Made by a program: the position numbers and the translations under genes
In this document: one piece after another, positions 1 through 12,710 of the stretch
Position numbering within the stretch: position 1 is the stretch's first letter
Layout: every line of letters begins with the position of its first letter
The notes under the pieces: generated by a model
What the model saw: the letters and a program-made list of their open reading frames with translations, nothing else
What the model was told of the DNA's origin: nothing
The model's database searches: none
Assembly (NCBI GenBank): GCA_030141605.1
Contig: JAQGDQ010000438.1
Span: 1-64,000 of the forward strand
Direction: 5' to 3'
From: Tubiluchus corallicola
Lineage: Eukaryota > Animalia > Priapulida
DNA: 64,000 bases

Positions 1-720
1 TTGTTATTCTTGGTTTTTAGTTAATGCAAGAGATAAAAGTGTGAGTAAAAACGTAATAGCGTCGTAGTTGAAGAGAGCCTGGAAATTGAGTGGAAAAACG
101 GCAACAGCAGTAGCACTAGCGATCAGCCAGTGGCAAAGAAAAAGTCATAGCAACAATACTAAAATCAAAAATAGAGTTATAGCAATAAAAATGACTGCAT
201 CATCATCAATAACAATAACAGAGATTAAACTCACAGTAATAGGGGGACAGCAACTACACAGACAGTTGTGGTGGTGGAGTGGAGTCGACAACCGGACAGC
301 GGTAGCTTACGAAGTCTGTTTTTGCTTTTATTTTTTACAAATATACCCCACGCAGGCCATACGAGCTCTTAGACCATGAGTGTTCAATAAGGAGATTAGC
401 TTTATTGAAGGCCCTGTTTCTCTATAGCTGTTCAGTAGTTCTCAGTTCAGGTACCTCTCAGTTCAGAGGTGTTCGGTTGTGACGTTATTAGTTTTGAAGT
501 CTGTAAACTACATTGTAAGATTTGAAAATCAGACACACTAACTTCATGGTGTTACCAAATAAAGATGACTTTTTGAAATCTTGTCCTGTTGCTTATCACT
601 TCAGCCCTAACTTCGGGCCGCTACATGGGCGTTTCCATAACTGTTGTAAAGGCACACGAGGGCGATTTCGATGTGTTGACAACTCGACGTTTGTACTTTA
701 AAACTCATTACTATTATTAA

Positions 721-1321
721 AGCAAAACCTGGCCTAATCTTAAACTGTAGCTCAAAATAATCTAACCAATAAAATATTGAAATGCAACATACTATTTTTT
801 CAGAATGACTTACCCGAAAGAATTAGCACAGAATGGTAATTTCGCGTTTGCGCGGCTAGTTCTTCGCTGTTACACGCATTTCCCTATTCGCTAGTTAGTT
901 GGCACCTGCATCTCGGAAACAAGGTGCACGAACATAGGCGCTGTAACTTTTAGTTCAGAGGTGTTCAATTGTGACGGTAGTGAACATGTTCGAGAGATCA
1001 TGCGTGAGCGCAGCGGTAAATTTGAATTTAGAATTTTTATCTTAAAACTTGCCTAGTTTACAACACGCTGAATATCTTACAGTAGCACTGTACTTCAATT
1101 TTCGCTTTCACAGACACGTGCAACACACTTGTGGAATGTTTGTGCTGTTAAAAAGTATGTTCAGTGATGTCATCATTAGTTTGGCTCGCCCAGTATTAAT
1201 TAAGTTTTTAACCTATTATTTAATTATTAGAAACACTTTGGCATTATTATAGGTGTTAAACTGTATACATTTTACTGTGCTTCAAAATGGGGTAGGACAT
1301 GAAAAATCAACCTGTTTTCCT
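721..1321 (+). mobile_element. Non-autonomous DNA transposon (Kolobok-like MITE), copy A
   Basis: Flanked by TTAA (717-720, 1322-1325) with termini AGCAAAAC...GTTTTCCT. Homologous over its length to 13026-13610 (inverted) and 35033-35650. A TTAA TSD with 5'-RR termini is the Kolobok signature. Confidence 0.75.
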
Positions 1322-1679
1322 TTAATAACTAAGTTTGTGACAATGTCACTAAGAACGCACATCACAGAACAGAATAACATGTGAATGATAGCAATAATTA
1401 TTGTAACTTTCTTTTCTACAATAGCAAAATTTCAAAGCAAATGTTGTAAAATCCATGATAAAGTAAAAGGTTACAATAAATATAAAAGCACTTTATTCAA
1501 TTAATGATGTACTAAAACACTTTGAAACGACTTTTAAATAAATGATTTTGAATGTTTCTTAGCTCTATAGGCAATGAGTTAAAATGACGTAGTACCATGA
1601 CCCTTCAAATGTAGATTTTCAAGATAAAATTGATTTTTGATTAAAAACATTCGGTTCATTTGAAGGAAGTTGAATTTCA

Positions 1680-2849
1680 TTAATTAAAATTTAAAAGCTG
1701 CAGTGATAATGCAATAAGAAACGTTATAGAGTAAACACGGTAACTTCCTCTAGACGTTTCATCATCGTCAAAAGCTTCTTCGTATTCTGACACGGTGTCA
1801 TTCGTCTTCCTCAATCTTTTGCACATTGACCAAAGTTCATCAGAGCCATCTACAGAATCTTGGCAATCATTCGAGCCATCGCAGACTTGTTTCTTTCGAA
1901 TGCACGTCTTGTCCATGCATCGAAATCCGGAACAGGGTAAGCATCCGAGTTCGTCGCTTCTGTCTGGACAATGCAGGTAACCATCACAGAGCTTCTCGGC
2001 CGCTATACAATGGAGGTCATTGCAATGGAAGGCTAGTCCTATGCACGTCTGACAGTTTCTCTCATCGCTCTTGTCTAGACAGTCGTGTTTCCCGTCACAA
2101 AACTTGTCTGTCTTGATGCACTGTCCATTGTCACAGGCAGCTCTATGAGCACCACATACAGTGCAGTACTGTACGTATTCATCGCTGTAGTCATCGCAAT
2201 CGTTAACGCCGTCGCATACCTGGAACTCGAGGATGCATTGATGGTTGTTGCAGAGGTGTCCCAGAGGTCCTTTGCAAGAGGTGCAGTTCCGCTCGTCACT
2301 ACCATCAAGGCAATCCGGCTTGCCATTGCAGACGAGGTCCTCCTCAAGACAAGTGGTGATGTCACATAGAAAAGGGGCATTTTGTTCACATGTTCGCACG
2401 CATCCATCTGCTTCATCGTCTTTCAAGGGACAGTCAATGTGTTCATCACAGACTTGGGACACGGCAATGCATTTTGTACTGCCTCCACAATGGTAAGCGT
2501 TAGCACCTCCTACGTGACTAGGACATGTTGTGCAATTGGCTTCATCTGTTTCGTCATCACAGTCGAAGTCGCCGTCGCAAAGGACGGTAACGGGCACGCA
2601 CTTGCGACCACAATGGAACCCTTCTCCTTTGCAGCTGTCGCACCGTGCCTCGTCAGAATTGTCACCGCAGTCATCTTTACCGTCGCATCGTAACGTTGCT
2701 GATATGCACGTGTCACTTTTACACAGGAAACCTTTCTTGGGTGTTCCAACGTCATTGACGTCATTGACCTCGTATTCTAGTTCACACGACTTGGCAAGCG
2801 TGCGGCGAACAGAGACGAGTATAAACATGCAAAGCAAAAGGCAACGCAT
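1680..2849 (-). CDS. Secreted, probably GPI-anchored protein of 8 tandem LDLa repeats (paralog 1)
   Basis: ATG at 2849 opens a signal peptide (MRCLLLCMFILVSVRRTLA). Eight 6-Cys modules with CDG..DC.D.SDE..C motifs follow, then a hydrophobic C-terminus (YSITFLIALSLQLLNFN) with no cytoplasmic tail. Single coding exon; splice acceptor tgtttcag ends at 2892. Confidence 0.92.
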   Translation of the reverse strand: MRCLLLCMFILVSVRRTLAKSCELEYEVNDVNDVGTPKKGFLCKSDTCISATLRCDGKDDCGDNSDEARCDSCKGEGFHCGRKCVPVTVLCDGDFDCDDETDEANCTTCPSHVGGANAYHCGGSTKCIAVSQVCDEHIDCPLKDDEADGCVRTCEQNAPFLCDITTCLEEDLVCNGKPDCLDGSDERNCTSCKGPLGHLCNNHQCILEFQVCDGVNDCDDYSDEYVQYCTVCGAHRAACDNGQCIKTDKFCDGKHDCLDKSDERNCQTCIGLAFHCNDLHCIAAEKLCDGYLHCPDRSDELGCLPCSGFRCMDKTCIRKKQVCDGSNDCQDSVDGSDELWSMCKRLRKTNDTVSEYEEAFDDDETSRGSYRVYSITFLIALSLQLLNFN

Positions 2850-3886
2850 CGTGCCGTTGTGTTGAAACAATGGTGAACTTTTCTACCTCGCCTGAAACAG
2901 CATTTGAAAAATAGAAAAAGTCCAAAACTTAAAAACATCTTTCAAAAAAAGAACAAGCAACAGTTAATAATGTAGTGTAACAGTCAGTCTAGCTTATAAT
3001 GTAGATGCAACTTGTGGACGTTGGAATTGTACATAGTAGTTAGGTGCTGCCCTCTATTGCTAATCTTGTTACATTCTACCAGCTGACTTATCTTCAGTTT
3101 AATTGTAAGGTCCAGTGAATACATACACACTGGTTCTCTCCCTATCTAAAATGGTTGTTGTGAAGCCTGTGCAAGTCTGCATAGGTCAAGTTCTATGCCT
3201 GTATACTGGCTGTGAAACAGGTTTTACTGACTGTTTTTGCTTTCTAGTTTTTGCTCAATGTTCAGTGCAGCAGTTTTGCTACTCATGTTTTCTGTAGTTT
3301 AATAAACACTTTTCTGTTGTGTGTAGTGCAAATATTTATTACAGATTTTTGGTTCCTATTCATACTTCTCTGTGTCTAAACTCAATCATAACAAAGTGAC
3401 TGAACAACAACTTCAAAAATGACTTTCACACAACTCTTATAAAAACTCTTGTAACTCCTCAGCAAAAATGTAAAATGGCAAAGTGGCATAATTGGTGTTA
3501 ATGTTTCCGTCTTTTGCAAAAAAGAAGTCGTTCACGGCAAGAAAATGATACGCAGGGCTAACAAAATTAATCTTTCATCGAATATGTGTATCTTTTACAG
3601 ATTTCGCTCAATCGATTTTTTTACTAGTTTCTACGAGTAGTTTATGCACAAAATTTTATGGTAGATTAGTTTTGATTTATGCTAACTTTCTTTGACCTCA
3701 ACGCAATGAACTTTCCAGAGAAGGGTCATCCGAAGAAAATAATCTCTCCAAAAACTCGAAACCCCTTGTCCTGGTGTTTATGTTTATTATAACCTTTTAC
3801 TTTATCATGGATTTTATAACATTTACTTTGAAATTTTGCTATTGTATTTGTTTGTGATTATGTGTCTAATGCTCGCTTTCTTTTAT

Positions 3887-3928
3887 TGTGTGCGTGCGCG
3901 TGCGCGTGCGTGTGTGGGGTGTGTGTGC

Positions 3929-4027
<99 letters not shown>

Positions 4028-4028
4028 G

Positions 4029-4060
<32 letters not shown>
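3887..4060. repeat. (GT)n microsatellite
   Basis: Dinucleotide run seen directly. Confidence 0.95.
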
Positions 4061-4062
<2 letters not shown>

Positions 4063-4295
4063 CATCTTTATTTGTTTTCTCTTTTTTAGAAAAAGAGAAA
4101 CCGGACTGTATAATTTTATGAGTCCCTTTTACAAATGCCTCTACCAGCATGTATAGAACTCGTTTGGTAGAATGTTTTTCTGGGCAACCCTGTATTTTAT
4201 GTATAAAATATGTGCAGTATTGGTTGCACTACTGATGATCACAATGAGGTAATTAGCAGTCCGTGTTTCTGTTTCTTATTACAATTTGTTGTGAT

Positions 4296-4685
4296 AAGTT
4301 AAAAAGTGTCACAAGTGTTGAATAGTGTCATAAGTTAAAGTGTCACAAGTGTTGAATAGTATCATAAGTTAAAAAGTGTCACAAGTGTTGAATAGTGTCA
4401 TAAGTTAAAGTGTCACAAGTGTTGAATAGTGTCATAAGTTAAAGTGTCACAAGTGTTGAATAGTGTCATAAGTTAAAGTGTCACAAGTGTTGAATAGTGT
4501 CATAAGTTAAAGTGTCACAAGTGTTGAATAGTGTCATAAGTTAAAGTGTCACAAGTGTTGAATAGTGTCATAAGTTAAAGTGTCACAAGTGTTGAATAGT
4601 GTCATAAGTTAAAGTGTCACAAGTGTTGAATAGTGTCATAAGTTAAAGTGTCACAAGTGTTGAATAGTGTCATAAGTTAAAAAGT
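4296..4685. repeat. 34-bp minisatellite, about 11 copies
   Basis: Unit taagttaaagtgtcacaagtgttgaatagtgtca. Confidence 0.93.
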
Positions 4686-5185
4686 ATATCAAGAGTACAT
4701 TTTGTCAAAGAATTGAAACTCGATTTTTTTAAAACAATACATAATTTTACTTAAACGTGAATCTATGATGATAATTAGTTATGCCTGTAATGGCTTTTGT
4801 TGAGTAATACTAGTTACTAACGAAATGTGCTTGATGTTTATATTGTAAAACATAAAAAAACGTTGGCTCGAATTGTGTTTTTAATTTTATTTTTACGGCA
4901 CAAATCTGACGAGGCATTTTTTATTTAAAACACGAAGTCTGAAATACTATAATTTGCTTATCAGCTAGTTAAATAACGTCTTCATGTAGATTTGTCGTTT
5001 CATATTTTGCACTACTGTCCTGTACTAGTGATTATACCAGTATCAGTAACACATGTATTGCTGCTATTAACACGACAATATAGTTCTTTGTTATTAAAGT
5101 TTGGTTTGACAACTTAGATTAATTGTGTGTTTGTACCTTCTTTGGTATTAACCTTGATATTAAGATCAAAAGTAATTAACGATTG

Positions 5186-5443
5186 TACTAATGTCTCTAC
5201 TAATGTCTAATGTAATCTTATAGTAAAATTTGTCAGCTTGTGTAGTTATAGTCTATTCTTACTGTAAATGTTACTAATATCTAATGCAATCTTGTAGTAA
5301 AACTTGTCAGCTTGTGTAGTTATACTCTATTCTTACTGTAAATGTTCTTGTAAATAGTGTATAGAGTCTGTTGTGGTGAGGATCCTAAATCATGTTGTTC
5401 AAACTGTCTGATCTAATCCTAAATAAATTATGTTTAAACTAAG
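5186..5443 (+). mobile_element. 3' end of the LINE family with the 74-bp internal repeat (2 units)
   Basis: Matches 20027-20784 and ends ...taaataaattatgtttaaactaa. Confidence 0.8.
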
Positions 5444-5699
5444 TCATTAACGACAGAGATGGTATTTCAAAACGAAACAGCTCTGGACAGAAACCGTCAG
5501 ATTAACATGGACGCGTAACCGTATTTATGTTATTTTTACCCCCACTTTAGAAAGAGAAAGTTTACACTTAAAGATTCCGAGGATATTCGTTTTCAATGTG
5601 TTTAGAAAAAGTTAATTTCTAAAAAGTACTTGTTTTGTAGATTTTTAGATAACAGGTATTTAGGTTTTGTATTTTTTGAAGAAGTGTGCATTTTTACTC

Positions 5700-5830
5700 A
5701 CCTTTCACTAATTTGAATGCCTCTTCAAATTTCAACACCAAACAGTACAACTAGTATTCTCGCTATCCTACAACACTGTTTTCTATAATGACCTGATTAT
5801 TGGTTTTCCATTAGATCGTCACGTGACAAT
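5700..5830 (-). promoter_or_regulatory. Putative non-coding first exon and core promoter of LDLa paralog 1
   Basis: Minus strand: strong donor AAG|GTGAGT at 5701, TATAGAAA near 5780-5787, CCAAT near 5800 and palindrome GTCACGTGAC at 5818-5827. These pair with the acceptor at 2892. Confidence 0.5.
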
Positions 5831-5896
5831 ATATCCACTTTTAATCACAATAAAATATGTCAACTTTTACCGCAAATTGCTTAGCAGTTGTGTTGA

Positions 5897-7405
5897 TAAC
5901 ATTGTGATCATGTACAAGGAGGCAATGTGTTTGTAATTGTACATTGTGATCATGTACAAAGAGGCAATGTGCTTGTAATTGTACATTATGATCATGTACA
6001 AGGAGGCAATGTGCTTGTAATTGTACATTGTGATCATGTACAAGGAGGCAATGTGCTTGTAATTGTACATTGTGATCATGTACAAGGAGGCAATGTGCTT
6101 GTAATTGTACATTGTGATCATGTACAAGGAGGCAATGTGCTTGTAATTGTACATTTGATCATGTACAAGGAGGCAATGTGCTTGTAATTGTACATTGTGA
6201 TCATGTACAAGGAGGCAATGTGCTTGTAATTGTACATTGTGATCATGTACAAGGAGGCAATGTGTTTGTAATTGTACATTATGATCATGTACAAGGAGGC
6301 AATGTGCTTGTAATTGTACATTGTGATCATGTACAAGGAGGCAATGTGCTTGTAATTGTACATTATGATAATGTACAAGGAGGCAATGTGCTTGTAATTG
6401 TACATTGTGATCATGTACAAGGAGGCAATGTGTTTGTAATTGTACATTGTGATCATGTACAAGGAGGCAATGTGCTTGTAATTGTACATTATGATCATGT
6501 ACAAGGAGGCAATGTGTTTGTAATTGTACATTGTGATCATGTACAAGGAGGCAATGTGTTTGTAATTGTACATTGTGATCATGTACAAGGAGGCAATGTG
6601 CTTGTAATTGTACATTATGATCATGTACAAGGAGGCAATGTGCTTGTAATTGTACATTGTGATCATGTACGAAGAGGCAATGTGCTTGTAATTGTACATT
6701 ATGATCATGTACAAGGAGGCAATGTGCTTGTAATTGTACATTGTGATCATTTACAAGGAGGCAATGTGTTTGTAATTGTACATTGTGATAATTTACAAGG
6801 AGGAAATGTGCTTGTAATTGTACATTGTGATCATGTACAAAGAGGCAATGTGTTTGTAATTGTACATTATGATCATGTACAAGGAGGCAATGTGCTTGTA
6901 ATTGTACATTGTGATCATGTACGAAGAGGCAATGTGCTTGTAATTGTACATTGTGATCATGTACAAGGAGGCAATGTGTTTGTAATTGTACATTGTGATC
7001 ATGTACAAGGAGGCAATGTGCTTGTAATTGTACATTGTGATCATGTACAAAGAGGCAATGTGCTTGTAATTGTACATTGTGATCATGTACAAGGAGGCAA
7101 TGTGTTTGTAATTGTACACTGTGATCATGTACAAGGAGGCAATGTGCTTGTAATTGTACATTGTGATCATGTACAAAGAGGCAATGTGCTTGTAATTGTA
7201 CATTGTGATCATTTACAAGGAGGCAATGTGCTTGTAATTGTACATTGTGATCATGTACAAGGAGGCAATGTGTTTGTAATTGTACATTATGATCATGTAC
7301 AAGGAGGCAATGTGCTTGTAATTGTACATTGTGATCATGTACAAAGAGGCGATGTGCTTGTAATTGTACATTGTGATCATGTACTAGGAGGCAATGTGCT
7401 TGATA
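5897..7405. repeat. 42-bp minisatellite, about 36 copies
   Basis: Unit acattgtgatcatgtacaaggaggcaatgtgcttgtaattgt. It explains the repetitive ORFs on both strands. Confidence 0.95.
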
Positions 7406-8831
7406 GAATGTAAAAAGCATGTAACATTATCCGAAATAGTCTGCACTAGGTACAAATTGTGTAATATTCCTATCGATTTTTACACCTGGAAGATGTTACT
7501 AGGTCTAACTTACTACCCAGTGAAATAAAACAAATAGAATGTCTCCACCACTTTAAAAAGAAATTAAAAGAATATCAATACAACAGGTTTCAACTTCCAC
7601 ATTGTGCATCTTATACTAATTTTAGATGATGTTATATACTTTTGTACTTTCTACCAAGGCGTTACGTAAACTGCCCCTGTGTTGTCTTCCAAGATGAACC
7701 AAAAATAGCAACTTGCTAAGAAGAAAATAGAAATAAACTAAACGCTTCTTTTGTTACGCAATTTTTGTCGCCGTCACAAATATACATTTTAATTAATCCA
7801 TCATGTAAAATATACATGATGTTTCTAACAAACTACGTACATTTAGCCTGTAAGAATATGAATTCATTTTTCTGTTTCGAGTAGTTGTTTGTGGTAACTT
7901 CATAGAGAAAGTTTTCTTACGCAGGCCCTCGCGTTACATAATTTTGGCATAATCTAGTCGTTACTTCATGTTAGCAACAACAAAAGCCCACAAATTACTT
8001 CTACTGATAACCTACACAAGCTAACATGGTTTAGAGACTTACATACTTCTAAAAAGGGAATACATTTAGCATATACGAAATTTTAGTAGGGTGGCGACTG
8101 TCAATGAATGATGATGATAACGGTGATGATTATGGTGATGATACGGAATATGCAGCGAAGTAATATAATCAATAAATTAGATTTCAAAGGGTACACTCGA
8201 TCATTTTAACATGTTGCCCTATTCTGGTGTGGTTACTCGCCGTGTGTTAACGCAAACAATTGACGTTAGATGGCAGCACAATCCTAGTATCGTATTGACA
8301 AAGGCACAGCTGCAGTTCCACATTTATCACGTCAACGCCAGAAATAACCTGCCTTCATGAATCCATTCTTTACTTAAAGCATTCTTTACTACAAATATTT
8401 TCATGTAATCTCAATAGGTGGCAGTGCGAATCAGGAGGTATATGTGTCTCGCACCTTGTTCAGCTTCTAAGTGAAGCACAAAACAGAGGCATTCTCAACT
8501 GTACGTATATGAGTAAACAAGTCAACAATGTTGTTGTCATCTCCTCAGACCTATATCTACTCGTCGTACAAAACACTGTAGTTGTCTTTACCTGGCTTCT
8601 AAATTCTACGCTACCATTGCTATCAATGCAATGTCACTAGAAAACAGTTTAATGAAGCCTGCTGAATGTTCTCAAGAAAGTTACTTCTGTAAATTATCTA
8701 AAGACAGTCAATGTCATATCTGTAAAGTTCACCGATTTCAACTCTGTTAACACATGCGTTGTAGGTTCCAAAATGTAGATTTTCTTTGCAGGAAAAAGTA
8801 AAATGAGCATACGAAATTCTTCTCGAAGTCA

Positions 8832-9070
8832 CCAGGCGGTGCTGCTCAATGGTAGCGCCCTCGCTTATCACTCGGGAGGTCGTACGTTCAACTCCCGACC
8901 GAGTCATACCAATGATTTAAAAATCGAGAGGCTGGTTCTTCGACTAAGCACGCGGGTTATTGAAGTAACATGCGGGTAATAATAATCGTGACCACCTTGG
9001 AAATAAGCATTGAGTTACCTGGAATCCTTGGATATTTCCTAACCGAAATTGTTATTATTTTCCAGTTCTG
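8832..9070 (+). mobile_element. tRNA-derived SINE
   Basis: A-box-like GCTCAATGG and B-box GTTCAACTCC, followed by gagtcataccaatgatttaaaaat, which resembles conserved SINE core domains. No intact tRNA acceptor stem. Confidence 0.65.
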
Positions 9071-9168
9071 CATCTAAAGATTCTTTGGGTATTGTGACTT
9101 TCCTGTTTTGATTAAATTTTTTAGTTTCTGTTTGCAGAATCTTTCGAGGAATAATCCATTTTTTTAGT

Positions 9169-10410
9169 TTATAAATTCATGTATAGAAATCGGCACGAGG
9201 CGACTGTAAAGAGAAATACTTGTGAAACTACAACTGGTGTTGAAGAACTCGACTCACTCGATTGACGATCATAGGAACCTTGAGACCTAAAGAAGCACAT
9301 ATCCATCTCTTCATCAGACGCATCATCGCAATCTGCCACTTTGTCACAGACTTTGCTTTTCTCGATGCACGCTTTGTCGGAACAACGGAACATCGTCTGC
9401 GGACATGCCGTGCAGTCGGTTTCGTCGCTGTCGTCGCCGCAGTCGTTGACGCCGTTGCACAACAGTTTCGACTGGATGCACTTGAGATTGTTGCAGAGAA
9501 ACGACTGTCCAGAGCAATAGCCGCAATCTTCTTCGTCGGAAGAATCTGGACAATGAACAATGCCATCGCAGAAGTTGTTGCTGTTGATGCAAGTTCCGTC
9601 GTTGCACTCCGCTTTTAGGGGGCCACACGGAGGACACGCCTCTATCGTTTCATCGCTCTTGTCCAAACAGTCGTTGTTACCGTCACACGTCTTGTAAACC
9701 TCAATGCACTGGCCATCTTTGCAGTGAAATGCTGGCGTGCTACCGCTGCACGTAGTGCAATTCCGTTCATCTGACAAATCATTGCAAGAAGCGTGGACGT
9801 TGCACAAGGCGTCAACAGACAAACACATGGTGTTGTCACAATGAAAGGGACGGTCGGGAGGACAGGGGTGACATTCTTTCTCATCTTCGCCACTGCTGCA
9901 GTCTTTGATGCCATCGCAGAGATGGTCGAGAGAGAGACATCGAGACTTGTCGCATCGGTATGGACGGTCCTTTGGACATTCGGTCAATTCCTCGTCATCT
10001 TTGTTTGGACAGTTGGGTATCCCGTCCATTACATATGCTTGGTCTATGCATAAAGTACTGTCCTTACATTTATACGAGTTAGCGCCCTCGTAAAGAACTG
10101 GACATTGGTCACACACTGCCTCGTCTGACCCGTCTTCACAGTTGTTGTAGCCGTTGCACAGATCGTACTTGCGCACGCATCGTCCGTCATTACACCTGAA
10201 GGTGTCGCCACCTTTGCACTGCGAGCAATTTTCTTCATCGTCACCACTTTTGCAGTGTTTGAAGCCATCGCAAGTGAAGACTTTATATATGCATTCTCCG
10301 CTACCGCAGAGGAAGCCCTCCATTTTTTCTCCGTCGATGGTGTCTTGACATGTCTCTGCGTTAACTCTTGCTAACATTAGCAAGAAGGTTACCGCTACAG
10401 ACGCCCACAT
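9169..10410 (-). CDS. Secreted, probably GPI-anchored protein of 9 tandem LDLa repeats (paralog 2)
   Basis: ATG at 10410 opens a signal peptide (MWASVAVTFLLMLARVNA). Nine LDLa modules, a Ser-rich spacer and a hydrophobic tail (VVVSQVFLFTVASCRFLYMNL) follow. Single coding exon; acceptor ttttactttgcag ends at 10484. Confidence 0.92.
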   Translation of the reverse strand: MWASVAVTFLLMLARVNAETCQDTIDGEKMEGFLCGSGECIYKVFTCDGFKHCKSGDDEENCSQCKGGDTFRCNDGRCVRKYDLCNGYNNCEDGSDEAVCDQCPVLYEGANSYKCKDSTLCIDQAYVMDGIPNCPNKDDEELTECPKDRPYRCDKSRCLSLDHLCDGIKDCSSGEDEKECHPCPPDRPFHCDNTMCLSVDALCNVHASCNDLSDERNCTTCSGSTPAFHCKDGQCIEVYKTCDGNNDCLDKSDETIEACPPCGPLKAECNDGTCINSNNFCDGIVHCPDSSDEEDCGYCSGQSFLCNNLKCIQSKLLCNGVNDCGDDSDETDCTACPQTMFRCSDKACIEKSKVCDKVADCDDASDEEMDMCFFRSQGSYDRQSSESSSSTPVVVSQVFLFTVASCRFLYMNL

Positions 10411-10758
10411 GGTTAGTGTCGAAATGTGTCCCTGTTGGTGGGTAATCTTCAACTTGGGTTTGTTGACTTCACTTCTTGAAAGCCTGCAAAGTAAAATAAG
10501 CAGACGCTGTTTAAAAACAGGAGTGACTATCAATTTTTTACTCTTCCGTAATTAATGGAAGAGACATAAACAAGTATAGAGTTGCAAGCTTCAAACCAAC
10601 TTTATTCTGGGAAAACGTTTTAAACTTAAAACAGAACGCGACGGTCGGTTTTTCAAGTGCGCGGGGCGCGTTTAAATCAAGTGTAATGATCGACCATATG
10701 CAGAAGTTATTACTGAAATGTATGGGATGTTTTAAATTAAGGCAAAGCTGGTATGATT

Positions 10759-10928
10759 AAACCTATGACAAAACTATGACAAAACTATGACAAACCCATG
10801 ACAAACCTATGACAAAACTATGACAAAACTATGACAAACCTATGACAAACCTATGGCAAAACTATGACAAAACTATGACAAACCTATGACAAACCTATGA
10901 CAAAACTATGACAAACCTATGACAAAAC
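10759..10928. repeat. 11-bp tandem repeat, about 15 copies
   Basis: Unit aaa(a/c)ctatgac. Confidence 0.9.
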
Positions 10929-12281
10929 AGGTTTTATTGTCCACGTCATTTATTTCCAAACACACATGTAGTGTTAAGTTACATTAGTGGTTCAATTAAA
11001 AGAAATTAGTAGACTAGTAATTATTAAGCACTGACAGCAACAACAGCAGCGGTGGCGATGACGACGACGACAATAAAAAACAAACAAGGATAGTATGTAC
11101 ATACAAAAAGATGAAGCAATTACAAAGAATTTACAATTTACAAAGAAAATTAAAATAACTCATTAAAGTAATTATGTAAAATTTTGCACAATCGTTTTTA
11201 GCATGAGAAAAGACTGCATACTGATAAGAACGAACGACCTCTTTTAAGAGAGAAGGACTAATTTACAAAACAATCATAAATCACACAAAATTTAATTAAA
11301 TTTAATTTCAGTGCAAAGTCTAACGATAATTTACTATAAAAGGTAAATGCATAAAACCATAATCAAGTTCACATAGAGCGGATTCCGTTTTACGGCTGCC
11401 CTTTTTAGGTTGAAACTGAAAACGAAGTTCAGTTGATGTTACTGTGTGAATGACAGGCGAGATACTATTACTATGTACTCAATTTTTCTAAAAATTAGGT
11501 GTAAGCCTGCATATTTTTCTAATTTATATTAGAAATTTTTTATAACCTGATTTGTTTGGATTATAGTCACTCTTTGCGTATTATGTTTGTGGAAAACTTG
11601 CCTATAACTTTTTCCAGGTTACCAATACACTCATGACTTGTTCTTGTATAATTATGGCGGCAAGGTCTGTTGCCCCAGTTTTTTCGCGAAGAGACTGCAT
11701 GTAATTTAATCCAGTTGAAGGTGAAGTTGAAAATAAAAATTCTCCAAGTCTACAAAACAGAACACTTCCAGTAGACATAGCAAACACCCCCAGCCCATGT
11801 TTCCCAAGAATTTGCTCTGGAATAAAATAATCAAACGAGACCTGGCAAGGATGGTTTGCATTCCAAGTACCCCCTCATCACAGTAATCTATTGCAGGGGG
11901 CTAATCATGTGTCATAAGTGGGGCCACAAGTTGAAGTTCCATTTGGAGTTGAAAAATACTTTGAGGAAACAGCTTGTACCCAAATTTGATAAGTTGATTC
12001 TTAACTTTTGGGACGGAGCGTTTTGATAGATGAAAGAATCCAAATAAACATGTTAATTGTGAGCCGTTTGACTAATACTTTGTCACACATTAAAAAAGCC
12101 GCACATACCCAATTAATTTAAAAGTGCCCGTTACTCAAGTCAAGGCTAAAAGGAGGACTGTACATTGTCTCCATTACTCTTTCACATCAACGTTTTGATT
12201 AAAGGAAAACAGAATGATTTTTCATATCCTGCGCTATTTTGAAGTACAGTAGAAAGTATACATTTTAGTACTTGTAATAAT

Positions 12282-12710
12282 ACCACCACCGTTGCCGCCA
12301 ACGTTACCACCACGACCACCACTGCCGCCGCTGCCATCACCACCACCACCACCACCGTCGCCGCCAACATTACCACCATGACAACCACTGCCGCCGCCAC
12401 CACCACTACCACCACCACCACCATCACCACCACAACCACCACCACCATCACCATCACCACCACACCACCACCACCACCGCAACCACCACAAACACCACCA
12501 CCACCACCACCACCACCACCACCACCACACCAACACCAACACCAACACCACCACCACCACCACAATCACCACCACCACCACCACCACCGCCACACCACCA
12601 CCACACCACCACCACTACCACTACCACCACCATCACCATCACCATCACCATCACCATCACCACCACCACCACCACCACCACAACCACCATCATCATCATC
12701 ATCATCATCG
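12282..12710. repeat. (CAC)n/(CAT)n compound microsatellite
   Basis: Trinucleotide runs seen directly. Confidence 0.9.

Noticed and set aside
5867-7420. Long His-rich and Cys/His-rich repetitive ORFs on both strands
   Set aside because: By-product of a 42-bp (multiple of 3) minisatellite. Several frames are open, a frameshift is tolerated near 6155, and there is no signal peptide or unique domain.
8832-8910. Functional tRNA gene
   Set aside because: A and B boxes are present but there is no proper acceptor stem, and the sequence runs on into a SINE-like body.
10411-10533. N-terminal extensions of the ORF-track calls for the LDLa genes and the lectin
   Set aside because: They start at non-ATG codons, and for paralog 2 the extension crosses the splice acceptor. 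The downstream ATGs directly open signal peptides.
11590-12050. Slightly GC-richer stretch that looked like coding sequence
   Set aside because: Stops in the frames examined and no recognisable motif.
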